DNA of 15,683 nucleotides from positions 1 through 15,683 of the forward strand of contig JARRQT010000045.1 in NCBI GenBank assembly GCA_037381445.1. Reading direction: 5' to 3'. This DNA is from Calditrichia bacterium. GTDB taxonomy: Bacteria; Calditrichota; Calditrichia; RBG-13-44-9. Within the stretch, counting starts at the first letter, position 1. Each line of letters begins with the position of its first letter. A program made the translations under genes and the position numbers. This document shows positions 1 through 7,296 of this stretch, piece after piece. The notes under the pieces were generated by a model. The model did not search any database. It saw nothing but the letters and a program-made list of their open reading frames with translations, and was not told the DNA's origin.

Positions 1-1
1 A

Positions 2-214
2 AAAATTGTTAACGGAAAATCGGTTGCCGGCAGCCTTGGTTTTTTTGCGGTAAGTTCTTTGGTGCTCTGGGGGTACTGGAATATTCCGTTGATTTACGTT
101 CTTCTCTTGAGTATAATTTTATGTGTATTTGAACTGGTTTCGCCGGAAGCGATGGAAAATTTTTTAATTTCTTTTGGAAGCGCGGCTGCCGTGGCCTTAA
201 TATTGGGTTATTGA
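2..214 (+). CDS. 3' end of a SEC59/DGK1/VTE5-like CTP-dependent membrane kinase (dolichol/phytol kinase-like); truncated by the window edge
   Basis: My own translation of frame 2 (not in the ORF track) is open from base 2 to TGA at 212-214: KIVNGKSVAGSLGFFAVSSLVLWGYWNIPLIYVLLLSIILCVFELVSPEAMENFLISFGSAAAVALILGY*. It has a KSxxGS-type motif, hydrophobic helices, then E and (D/E)N positions typical of this family. Confidence 0.65.
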   Translation, partial: KIVNGKSVAGSLGFFAVSSLVLWGYWNIPLIYVLLLSIILCVFELVSPEAMENFLISFGSAAAVALILGY

Positions 215-293
215 AGAAAAGAAAAATAACTGCAGAGAAACCTTCACCCTGGTTTTAGGTTGAAAACTGAAAGTCTTAAGGATATTTAAAATC

Positions 294-1304
294 ATGTTTT
301 TAAAATTGCGCTTATCAAATAAATATTTTTTGCTTTTCGCCGTTTTATTTTGGGCTTCCATCCAAAACAGTCATGCCGACGGTTTTGTTTTCCGCAAATA
401 TGCCGGGGAATTCATGGATATTGGCGTTTCTCCGCGGGCACAGGGAATGGGCGGTGCTTTCACTGCCATTTCCGGCGATATTGCCGCCGCCTATTACAAC
501 GCCGCGGGACTATACGGCATCAAAAGCTCCCAGATTTCCTTCATGCATACCCAGCAAATGCTGGCATCCGTGAATTATGATTACCTGTCTTTCGGACGAT
601 ATCAAACGGAAAACTCCGTAATCGCGGTCAGCCTGGTCCGGCTGGGAATCGACAACATCAAAGACAGCCGGGCGGCCCAGGTGCTGATTAACGGAAATCC
701 GGATAATTGGCGGCTGGACTGGAACAAGATAAAAGAGTTCAATGCCGCGGACTATGTTTTTGCCTTCTCCATGGCGCACAGATGGGCGCATGGCTGGATT
801 CTGGGCGGAAACATCAAGCTGATCCGCAGAAATCTGGCTGATCACAGCGCAAATGGTATTGGTTTTGACCTTGGTATTCAGCGCAAATTTTTCCGGAATC
901 TGACAGTGGCTGCCAACGCCAGAAACGCGACCACCACGCTTATCGCCTGGGACACGGGTGAAAAGGAGATGGTTAAACCGTCCTTTTATCTGGGCAGCAC
1001 CTATCTTTTAAATATTCACGGAATAAACAGCAGCTTTCAACCGGCAGTGGATCTGATTTTCCGCGGGGAAGGCTGGCAGAAAAGCGCCCGGGCCTATTGG
1101 GGAATTGTCAGTTTCGATTTTGCTGCCGGCATCGAGTACGGATACCACAACACCATTTTCATCCGGACAGGTATTGATGAAATCCGGCGGCTGAATATGG
1201 GGGTGGGTGTGAATATCCCGCACGTCCGCATTGACTACGCCTATACCAATTACGATCAGGAATTGGGGAACAGTCATCGTATCGGGCTCCTTGTTAAATT
1301 TTAA
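294..1304 (+). CDS. PorV/PorQ-family outer-membrane beta-barrel protein (FadL-like superfamily, T9SS-associated)
   Basis: Signal peptide ending near SHA-D. N-terminal motif FMDIGVSPRAQGMGGAFTAISGDIAAAYYNAAGL. Amphipathic beta-strands (GIGFDLGIQ, IDYAYTNY). C-terminus LGNSHRIGLLVKF ends in Phe. Possible RBS AAGGA at 278-282. Confidence 0.8.
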   Translation: MFLKLRLSNKYFLLFAVLFWASIQNSHADGFVFRKYAGEFMDIGVSPRAQGMGGAFTAISGDIAAAYYNAAGLYGIKSSQISFMHTQQMLASVNYDYLSFGRYQTENSVIAVSLVRLGIDNIKDSRAAQVLINGNPDNWRLDWNKIKEFNAADYVFAFSMAHRWAHGWILGGNIKLIRRNLADHSANGIGFDLGIQRKFFRNLTVAANARNATTTLIAWDTGEKEMVKPSFYLGSTYLLNIHGINSSFQPAVDLIFRGEGWQKSARAYWGIVSFDFAAGIEYGYHNTIFIRTGIDEIRRLNMGVGVNIPHVRIDYAYTNYDQELGNSHRIGLLVKF

Positions 1305-1339
1305 GATTTTTCGTAATCAAAAATTACCGGATAAAAATG

Positions 1340-1370
1340 AAGGGCGGTCTGTCGATTGCCCTTATTCTGT
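1340..1370 (+). terminator. Stem-loop downstream of the PorV-like gene; possible weak intrinsic terminator
   Basis: AAGGGCGGTC-tgtc-GATTGCCCTT forms a 10-bp stem with 2 G-U pairs. It is followed by ATTCTGT, a poor U-tract. Confidence 0.45.
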
Positions 1371-1438
1371 AATAAATTGCAGTTGTTCATGCTGAAAGCG
1401 GATTAATTATTTCAAATCAGAAAATTCGGACATTCCAC

Positions 1439-3655
1439 ATGAAGAAAATGTTAATAGCGATATTGATCTTTGCCGGGGCACTGTCCGCGGAAGTGATGCA
1501 GCAATCGAACGGGCCGCAAAAAACCTGCGGCACACCGCCCATGGGCCAGTTTACTACCCGGTCCTATATGGATAGCCTTCTGAGGGTTGATCCTGCTGCT
1601 TATCAGAAACTTCTGCAGCAGATAGAAGAAGTGAAAAGCTTCAATAAAAGCTTTGGGATCACCGCTGAAAAGAACTTCTGGGCATATAACTTTAAGACCA
1701 AGAAATATTATACGGTAACGGCGACTTTGCAGCGTACCGGAAATCTGGCGCGAATCTGGGTGGAAAACGGCGTCTGGGATTCCATTATATCTCAAAAACC
1801 TGATATACTCGATACACTGCTGGCTAACCTGGAAATCCGAAGCGGCCGCAACTCCATCGATCCGGAAAAAGGCATTATTGAAATTGACACCACTCTCTTC
1901 GGGCAGCCGCCACATTATGGCGGTGATAGCTATGTTAATTTTCTCATTTTGGATATCCAGGATAATTATGATTCCACCGCCGCCAATAGTCCTTTTATTG
2001 CAGGCTATTTCTCACCCAGCGATCAGGAAAACAGCGGGGTGAGCAACCAGATGGACCTTCTCTATCTGGATGCGAAGCCGGGAATCTATTCAAACGGCTA
2101 TTACAGCACCCAGCGGGTGCTTTCCACGACTGCCCATGAATTCCAGCACCTCATTCATTATAGTTACGATACGGATGAAGCGGACTGGGTGAATGAAGGA
2201 TTGTCGGAATTGGCCGGCACCTACTGCGGATACGGGCTGGATGAACCCGGATTATATCTTGACGATACCAACAAGAGTCTGATACGGTGGTCACAGGAAG
2301 TGCGGGACTATTCACGGATGAATTTATGGACCCTGTATTGCGCCGAACAGCTCGGACTGTCATTTATCAAAACGCTTACACAGCTCCCGGAGAACAGCAT
2401 CGCCGGATTTAACAAAGCCATGCAGCTGACCGGAAGTCCGGGCTCGCTCAATACCGTTTTTCAGAACTGGATACTGACGAACCGAATAAATTCAATTTCC
2501 CCCGATCCCCGGTTCGGGTATCATTGGGACGAGGCGCAGGGGCTGAGGGCCGGCATTTCAACATTGATCACAGAGTATCCGCAGTACAAAAAAACGGGTA
2601 CCGTTCAGGATTATGCCGTGCAGTATATCCGGTTTCGGGGACAGGATTCGTTGCGCCTTTCCTTTTATAATCCTGCGCCCCAGGCATTCTGGCTGGTTTC
2701 TTCCAATGAAGATTACCGTTTTGAAGCACCTTCACTTTCTGATTTCTCAGTTCCTTCCTTCAGGGAAGATTCTGTCTATGTGCTGTCCGTCTATTCTACC
2801 GGCAATTCTCTGAGTTATGCTTTTGATGCCCAGGCAAAATATTCACTGAAGTATTTTGAGATCAGTTACGACGATAATCAGACAGATATCAGTATCAGCT
2901 TTCAGAACGCGCCGGTAAGTATTGCCAACAGATTCACGGTGCCGGAAAGCAATCTTTCGCTGGAAAGCGTCAGTTTCTGGAATGGTTCGCCGAATAATCA
3001 GGTTCAGGTCCATGTATATGGCCGCTCGGGGGCGAACCTTCCGGGAAATGATCTCATCGCCCCGGTGGACACTTTTCTTATCAGCGGGGGCGGATGGGCC
3101 GAAGTGGCCCTTCCGCAGCCGGTAAGCGGGCTGAAAAAAGGGGATATCATTTTTGCCGGTATTACGGTGAATGATCCCACCAAAGCTGTGGGATATGATA
3201 TGACCAAAACAAGCAATATCAGTTATGTGCAATCCAATAGTCTCTGGCGGCCCCTTTCCGATTACCAGATAAATAATGAAAATCTGGATGGCGTATGGAT
3301 GATTCGCGCCGCCTTCTCCGGCCTGGTCCTTTCCGACAGCATTCCGCCTCCGGACAACACGGGAGAATTTATTGTCGAAGGTAATTTCCCCAATCCATTT
3401 TCTCCTTCAATTCGGGGTACAACAATATTATATCAGGCTCCCGGTACCGCAGAAATTCAACTTGAAGTTTATAACACGCTTGGGCAGAAGGTTGCGGATA
3501 AAAGACGGAATGGCACATTTCAATTTGATTGGAATGGATACGGGTACAATGGACCGCTGCCTTCCGGCATATATTTTTACAGGCTCAGTTACCGGAATGC
3601 TGCGACCGGGAAGACTGTTCATTCAAAATATCACAAAATGGTTATCGTCAGGTAA
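1439..3655 (+). CDS. Secreted zinc metallopeptidase (gluzincin-type, M30/hyicolysin-like) with C-terminal T9SS type A-like / FlgD-Ig domain
   Basis: Signal peptide MKKMLIAILIFAGALSA. IAGYFS strand, HEFQH zinc motif (nt 2135-2149) and downstream WVNEGLSE third-ligand motif. C-terminal NFPNPF...VYNTLGQKV...WNG...LPSGIYFYRL...KMVIVR (nt ~3383-3655). Confidence 0.8.
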   Translation: MKKMLIAILIFAGALSAEVMQQSNGPQKTCGTPPMGQFTTRSYMDSLLRVDPAAYQKLLQQIEEVKSFNKSFGITAEKNFWAYNFKTKKYYTVTATLQRTGNLARIWVENGVWDSIISQKPDILDTLLANLEIRSGRNSIDPEKGIIEIDTTLFGQPPHYGGDSYVNFLILDIQDNYDSTAANSPFIAGYFSPSDQENSGVSNQMDLLYLDAKPGIYSNGYYSTQRVLSTTAHEFQHLIHYSYDTDEADWVNEGLSELAGTYCGYGLDEPGLYLDDTNKSLIRWSQEVRDYSRMNLWTLYCAEQLGLSFIKTLTQLPENSIAGFNKAMQLTGSPGSLNTVFQNWILTNRINSISPDPRFGYHWDEAQGLRAGISTLITEYPQYKKTGTVQDYAVQYIRFRGQDSLRLSFYNPAPQAFWLVSSNEDYRFEAPSLSDFSVPSFREDSVYVLSVYSTGNSLSYAFDAQAKYSLKYFEISYDDNQTDISISFQNAPVSIANRFTVPESNLSLESVSFWNGSPNNQVQVHVYGRSGANLPGNDLIAPVDTFLISGGGWAEVALPQPVSGLKKGDIIFAGITVNDPTKAVGYDMTKTSNISYVQSNSLWRPLSDYQINNENLDGVWMIRAAFSGLVLSDSIPPPDNTGEFIVEGNFPNPFSPSIRGTTILYQAPGTAEIQLEVYNTLGQKVADKRRNGTFQFDWNGYGYNGPLPSGIYFYRLSYRNAATGKTVHSKYHKMVIVR

Positions 3656-3657
3656 GA

Positions 3658-4257
3658 TCAAATTAGCTTCAGGTTTTGCAGAGCTTCATTTATCTCCGCC
3701 GGCTCCGATACCAGAAAACTGCGGATCCCAAACCGGTCGGCAGCTTGAATGTTCTCCTCGGTATCATCAAAAAATACGCATTCGCTGCCACTGGCGTTCA
3801 AATGTTTCAGTATTCTTCCAAATACGCGGGGATCTGGTTTATTCATTTTCAATTCATATGACAAAAAATAGTGTTGGAAGTCGCGGATAAAATCATATTC
3901 CCGTAAGACGAATTGCCAGTGCCACGGATCGGTATTGGAGCAAACCGAAAGGACATAGCGGTCTTTTAGGGCTCCCACAATGCCCCTGATTCCTTCCTTG
4001 GGCGCGCCGATTACTTTCTCCCAGATTTTAATATATTCATTCCGGGTAATATCGCAGGGGAACATGGTCATCATCTGCCTGAAAAAATCATCGGGCGAAT
4101 ATTTGCCTTCCATAAACCCCAGATGCAGATCGGATAAATAAAACTTCCGGATATCAGACATTGAAATATTGCAGCGTTCTGCAAATTCCTGCATGGTTTT
4201 CTGCGGATGTATGCGCACTAATACATTTCCCAAATCGAAGATGATGTGCCTGATCAT
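3658..4257 (-). CDS. HAD-superfamily phosphatase (YihX / soluble epoxide hydrolase N-terminal-like subfamily)
   Basis: Motif I IIFDLGNVL, motif II CSNT, motif III KP, motif IV FFDDTEEN. RBS-like AGGGTG upstream of the ATG. Confidence 0.9.
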   Translation of the reverse strand: MIRHIIFDLGNVLVRIHPQKTMQEFAERCNISMSDIRKFYLSDLHLGFMEGKYSPDDFFRQMMTMFPCDITRNEYIKIWEKVIGAPKEGIRGIVGALKDRYVLSVCSNTDPWHWQFVLREYDFIRDFQHYFLSYELKMNKPDPRVFGRILKHLNASGSECVFFDDTEENIQAADRFGIRSFLVSEPAEINEALQNLKLI

Positions 4258-4298
4258 GAGTTCACCCTGTTTTAATGGTTTTGTGCCTTTCCGAAAGT

Positions 4299-4327
4299 AT
4301 TATAAAGATAACTTGCCGGAAATGCTA
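4299..4327 (-). promoter_or_regulatory. Putative sigma70 promoter for the HAD gene
   Basis: Minus strand TAGCAT (4327-4322), 17-bp spacer, perfect TATAAT (4304-4299), about 40 bp upstream of the ATG. Confidence 0.5.
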
Positions 4328-4514
4328 CCGGAATCTGATCCGGCGCAACCGGAAAATCTCACCAATGAATTTTTTATAATGAAATTTTTTATATTTTCCA
4401 GAACTCTCGGCAGTTCATATCGTTAACTCAGTTATTTTTTAGGTTTTTATGAACATTCGGTATTTGGTGAGATGAGGAGACAAAATATTTCAAACCTGGA
4501 ATTTTACTTTATGC

Positions 4515-4542
4515 TTGCCTTTGCCATTGATTCAATTAAAAT
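4515..4542 (+). promoter_or_regulatory. Putative sigma70 promoter for guaB
   Basis: TTGCCT (4515-4520), 16-bp spacer, TAAAAT (4537-4542), followed by RBS GAGGA at 4560-4564. Confidence 0.5.
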
Positions 4543-4571
4543 TTGCACCAACAAAAATCGAGGATAGAACC

Positions 4572-6032
4572 ATGGATAAAATATTATATGAAGCGCTTAC
4601 ATTCGACGACGTATTGCTGGTTCCCTCTCATTCCAGGGTCATCCCCAGCGATGTGGATGTCAGCGCCCGTTTAACGCGCCAGATCGTTCTGAATGTGCCC
4701 ATCGTTTCGGCGGCCATGGATACCGTAACCGAATCAGAAATGGCTATTGCGCTGGCACGTGAAGGCGGGATCGGCATTATCCATAAAAATCTGACTCCGG
4801 AGCAGCAGGCCGCGGAAGTTGACCGGGTAAAAAGGTCCGAGAGCGGAATGATAATGGATCCTATCACTTTAACACCGGAGCAGCCAATTCGTGAGGCCCT
4901 GCGCGTCATGCAGCATTTCAGGATTTCCGGTATTCCTCTGGTTAACGGTCCGAAGCTGGTAGGAATCATCACCAACCGTGACCTGAGATTTGAAGAGAAT
5001 CTGGATCGACCGATTTCGGACCTGATGACCAGCCGGAATCTAATCACGGCATCCGAAGGTACCACATTGGATGAAGCACGCAGTATTCTGCAGAAACATC
5101 GGATTGAAAAACTTTTGGTGGTTGATAAAAATGGCAATCTGAAAGGCCTGATTACGGTGAAGGATATTCAGAAAAAGGCCAAATATCCCAATGCCTGCAA
5201 GGATGAACATGGACGTCTTCGCGTCGGAGCCGCGGTGGGGGTTGGAACAAAAGGACTGGAGCGTGCGGAGATTCTGATTTCAAAGAATGTGGATGTGATT
5301 GTGGTTGATACCGCGCATGGGCATTCCCAAAAAGTTCTGGACACGGTAAAAGAAATCAGACGCGCTTTTCTCGATAAAAGTCTCATTGCCGGCAATATCG
5401 CTACGGCAGAAGCTGCGCGGGCGCTGGCTGATGCTGGCGTGGATGCCGTGAAAGTCGGTATCGGGCCGGGATCGATCTGCACCACTCGCGTGGTGACAGG
5501 TGTGGGAGTTCCGCAAATTTCCGCGATCATGGAAGTGACCAGAGAGCTGAAAGGAACGGACATCCCGATAATTGCGGATGGCGGCATAAAATTCACGGGA
5601 GATATTCCCAAGGCCATCGCTGCGGGAGCGGATTCAGTCATGATCGGCGGGTTATTCGCAGGCACCGAGGAGAGTCCTGGCGAAACGATTCTCTGGGACG
5701 GACGCCGCTACAAGCAGGTGCGCGGAATGGGCTCCATGGGGGCGATGGCCCAAGGCAGCAAAGACCGTTATTTTCAGGAAAATGTCAGCGAAAAGGAGAA
5801 GCTGGTTCCGGAGGGGATCGAAGGACGGGTGCCGTATCGCGGGCCAGTCAGTGATACGGTGTTTCAAATGACCGGAGGATTGCGCTCGGCGATGGGATAT
5901 ACGGGCTGTAAAAGTATTGATGAGATGAAGAACAAGGCAAAATTTGTCAAAATCACCGGAGCGGGCCTCAAGGAAAGCCATCCCCACGATGTGGATATTA
6001 CCAAGGAATCGCCCAATTACCGGTTAAGTTAA
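4572..6032 (+). CDS. guaB: IMP dehydrogenase with tandem CBS domains
   Basis: [20 protein letters not shown], catalytic [36 protein letters not shown] place the start at ATG 4572 (MDKILYE, RBS GAGGA) rather than the track's TTG at 4515. Confidence 0.97.
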   Translation: MDKILYEALTFDDVLLVPSHSRVIPSDVDVSARLTRQIVLNVPIVSAAMDTVTESEMAIALAREGGIGIIHKNLTPEQQAAEVDRVKRSESGMIMDPITLTPEQPIREALRVMQHFRISGIPLVNGPKLVGIITNRDLRFEENLDRPISDLMTSRNLITASEGTTLDEARSILQKHRIEKLLVVDKNGNLKGLITVKDIQKKAKYPNACKDEHGRLRVGAAVGVGTKGLERAEILISKNVDVIVVDTAHGHSQKVLDTVKEIRRAFLDKSLIAGNIATAEAARALADAGVDAVKVGIGPGSICTTRVVTGVGVPQISAIMEVTRELKGTDIPIIADGGIKFTGDIPKAIAAGADSVMIGGLFAGTEESPGETILWDGRRYKQVRGMGSMGAMAQGSKDRYFQENVSEKEKLVPEGIEGRVPYRGPVSDTVFQMTGGLRSAMGYTGCKSIDEMKNKAKFVKITGAGLKESHPHDVDITKESPNYRLS

Positions 6033-6047
6033 ATTTCGGAGAAAACC

Positions 6048-6446
6048 ATGCTTGAGAAAATTGATCACGTTGGCGTTGCTGTGAAATCGTTGGACGACAT
6101 TAAACAGTTGTTTCTATTGGTGTTTGGAGCAAAACCTGCCTTTGAAGAGGTGGTTGAAGACCAAAGAGTCAAAGTGGCGGGATTTAAAGTCGGGGAATCG
6201 AATATTGAGTTTCTGGAACCGCTCAGCGAGGATTCTCCCATTGCAAAATATATTGAGAAGAAAGGGGAGGGGTTGCATCATATCGCCGTGGGGGTTGATG
6301 ATATCAGGAACGCTCTATCTAAAATGAAATCCAATAATATCCGGTTGATTGATGAGGAACCCCGCAAGGGAGCCGAAGGCAAATCCATTGCATTTGCCCA
6401 TCCCAAGAGTCTGCACGGGATTTTACTTGAATTATCCCAGGAATAA
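6048..6446 (+). CDS. mce: Methylmalonyl-CoA epimerase (VOC family)
   Basis: KIDHVGVAV, QRVKVA, IEFLEP, GEGLHHIA and FAHPKSLHGILLEL carry the His/Gln/His/Glu metal ligands. RBS GGAG upstream. Confidence 0.9.
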   Translation: MLEKIDHVGVAVKSLDDIKQLFLLVFGAKPAFEEVVEDQRVKVAGFKVGESNIEFLEPLSEDSPIAKYIEKKGEGLHHIAVGVDDIRNALSKMKSNNIRLIDEEPRKGAEGKSIAFAHPKSLHGILLELSQE

Positions 6447-6454
6447 CTGAGCGA

Positions 6455-7228
6455 ATGGCTGCTCTCCGGAAAAAATCATTTCTGGGATTTATTGTTTTAT
6501 ATTCCCTGAGTTATTTCCTTCTTGCCGGAATATTCACAGCATGGTTATTTTTGACTGCACCTGACGTGAAGGTCTGGCAGAAAAAGAGTCCCGCCTTAAC
6601 GGCAATGATGAAATATGAATTACGGAGTGAAGGGAAAAAGATTTCTCCCCGACAAATCAGGTATAACTGGCTGTCAATTAAAAATATTCCGGATTTAATG
6701 CGCAAAAGCGTCATCGTTTCCGAAGACGCTTCCTTTTGGATTCATGAGGGTATCGATTGGCATGAAGTGGAGGAATCCTTTAAGAAGAATTTATCCCGGG
6801 GAAAATTTCTGCGGGGCGGAAGCACCATTACCCAGCAGCTCGCCAAAAATCTTTATCTTTCACCGACAAAGAGCATCAGGCGCAAACTCAGGGAGTGGAT
6901 CATCGCCAAAAAATTGGAAAAGGATCTGACAAAAACGAGGATCCTGGAATTATATCTGAATGTCATTCAATGGGGCAAAGATATCTACGGTATAAAGGCT
7001 GCCTCGGCTTATTATTTCGGCAAAACGCCTGAAAATTTAAGTCTGAATGAGATGATTCGTCTGGCAGCAGTACTCCCGAATCCGGTGCGAATGCACCCAA
7101 ATCGCGTCAATCATTCGGTTTTCTGGCGCTCAAACGTCATTTTGAGAAGATTATGGCGTTTTGGCTTTATTTCTGAATCGGAGTATGAACAAAATTCTGC
7201 GGTTTTAGACAGCCTCTATTCAAACTAA
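6455..7228 (+). CDS. mtgA: Monofunctional biosynthetic peptidoglycan transglycosylase (GT51)
   Basis: N-terminal TM helix. GT51 motifs SEDASFWIHEGID, GGSTITQQLAKNL, RKLRE, ILELYLN and YFGK. No transpeptidase domain. Confidence 0.9.
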   Translation: MAALRKKSFLGFIVLYSLSYFLLAGIFTAWLFLTAPDVKVWQKKSPALTAMMKYELRSEGKKISPRQIRYNWLSIKNIPDLMRKSVIVSEDASFWIHEGIDWHEVEESFKKNLSRGKFLRGGSTITQQLAKNLYLSPTKSIRRKLREWIIAKKLEKDLTKTRILELYLNVIQWGKDIYGIKAASAYYFGKTPENLSLNEMIRLAAVLPNPVRMHPNRVNHSVFWRSNVILRRLWRFGFISESEYEQNSAVLDSLYSN

Positions 7229-7258
7229 AACACCGGAGAATTGTATTCCCCGGTGTTT
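7228..7258. terminator. Probable bidirectional intrinsic terminator between convergent mtgA and glgP
   Basis: AAACACCGGAGAAT-tgt-ATTCCCCGGTGTTT is an inverted repeat with one mismatch on the + strand and A/T tails on both sides. Confidence 0.75.
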
Positions 7259-7296
7259 GTCATATCCAAGCCATATATTCTAAAATTTCGTGATTC

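Noticed and set aside
3372..3890. 172-aa + strand ORF bridging the protease and HAD genes
   Set aside because: It overlaps two well-supported genes almost entirely and has no motif. The protease CTD is complete in its own frame, so no frameshift is needed.
4295..4356. Possible purine riboswitch upstream of guaB (TATAA...CTACC, hairpin CCGGA-ATCTGA-TCCGG, several CCGG/CCGGA words)
   Set aside because: It lacks the conserved ATATGG and CCGTAAA loops and a P1 stem, the spacing is too short, it lies upstream of the predicted guaB promoter, and it overlaps the candidate HAD promoter on the other strand.
4515..4571. N-terminal extension of GuaB from TTG 4515
   Set aside because: IMPDH similarity begins at [13 protein letters not shown], an RBS precedes ATG 4572, and the extension overlaps the predicted promoter.
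4628..5987. Long antisense ORFs within guaB (169, 165, 78 and 111 aa)
   Set aside because: These are shadow frames of a conserved gene, with Ser/Pro/Thr-biased translations and no recognisable motifs.
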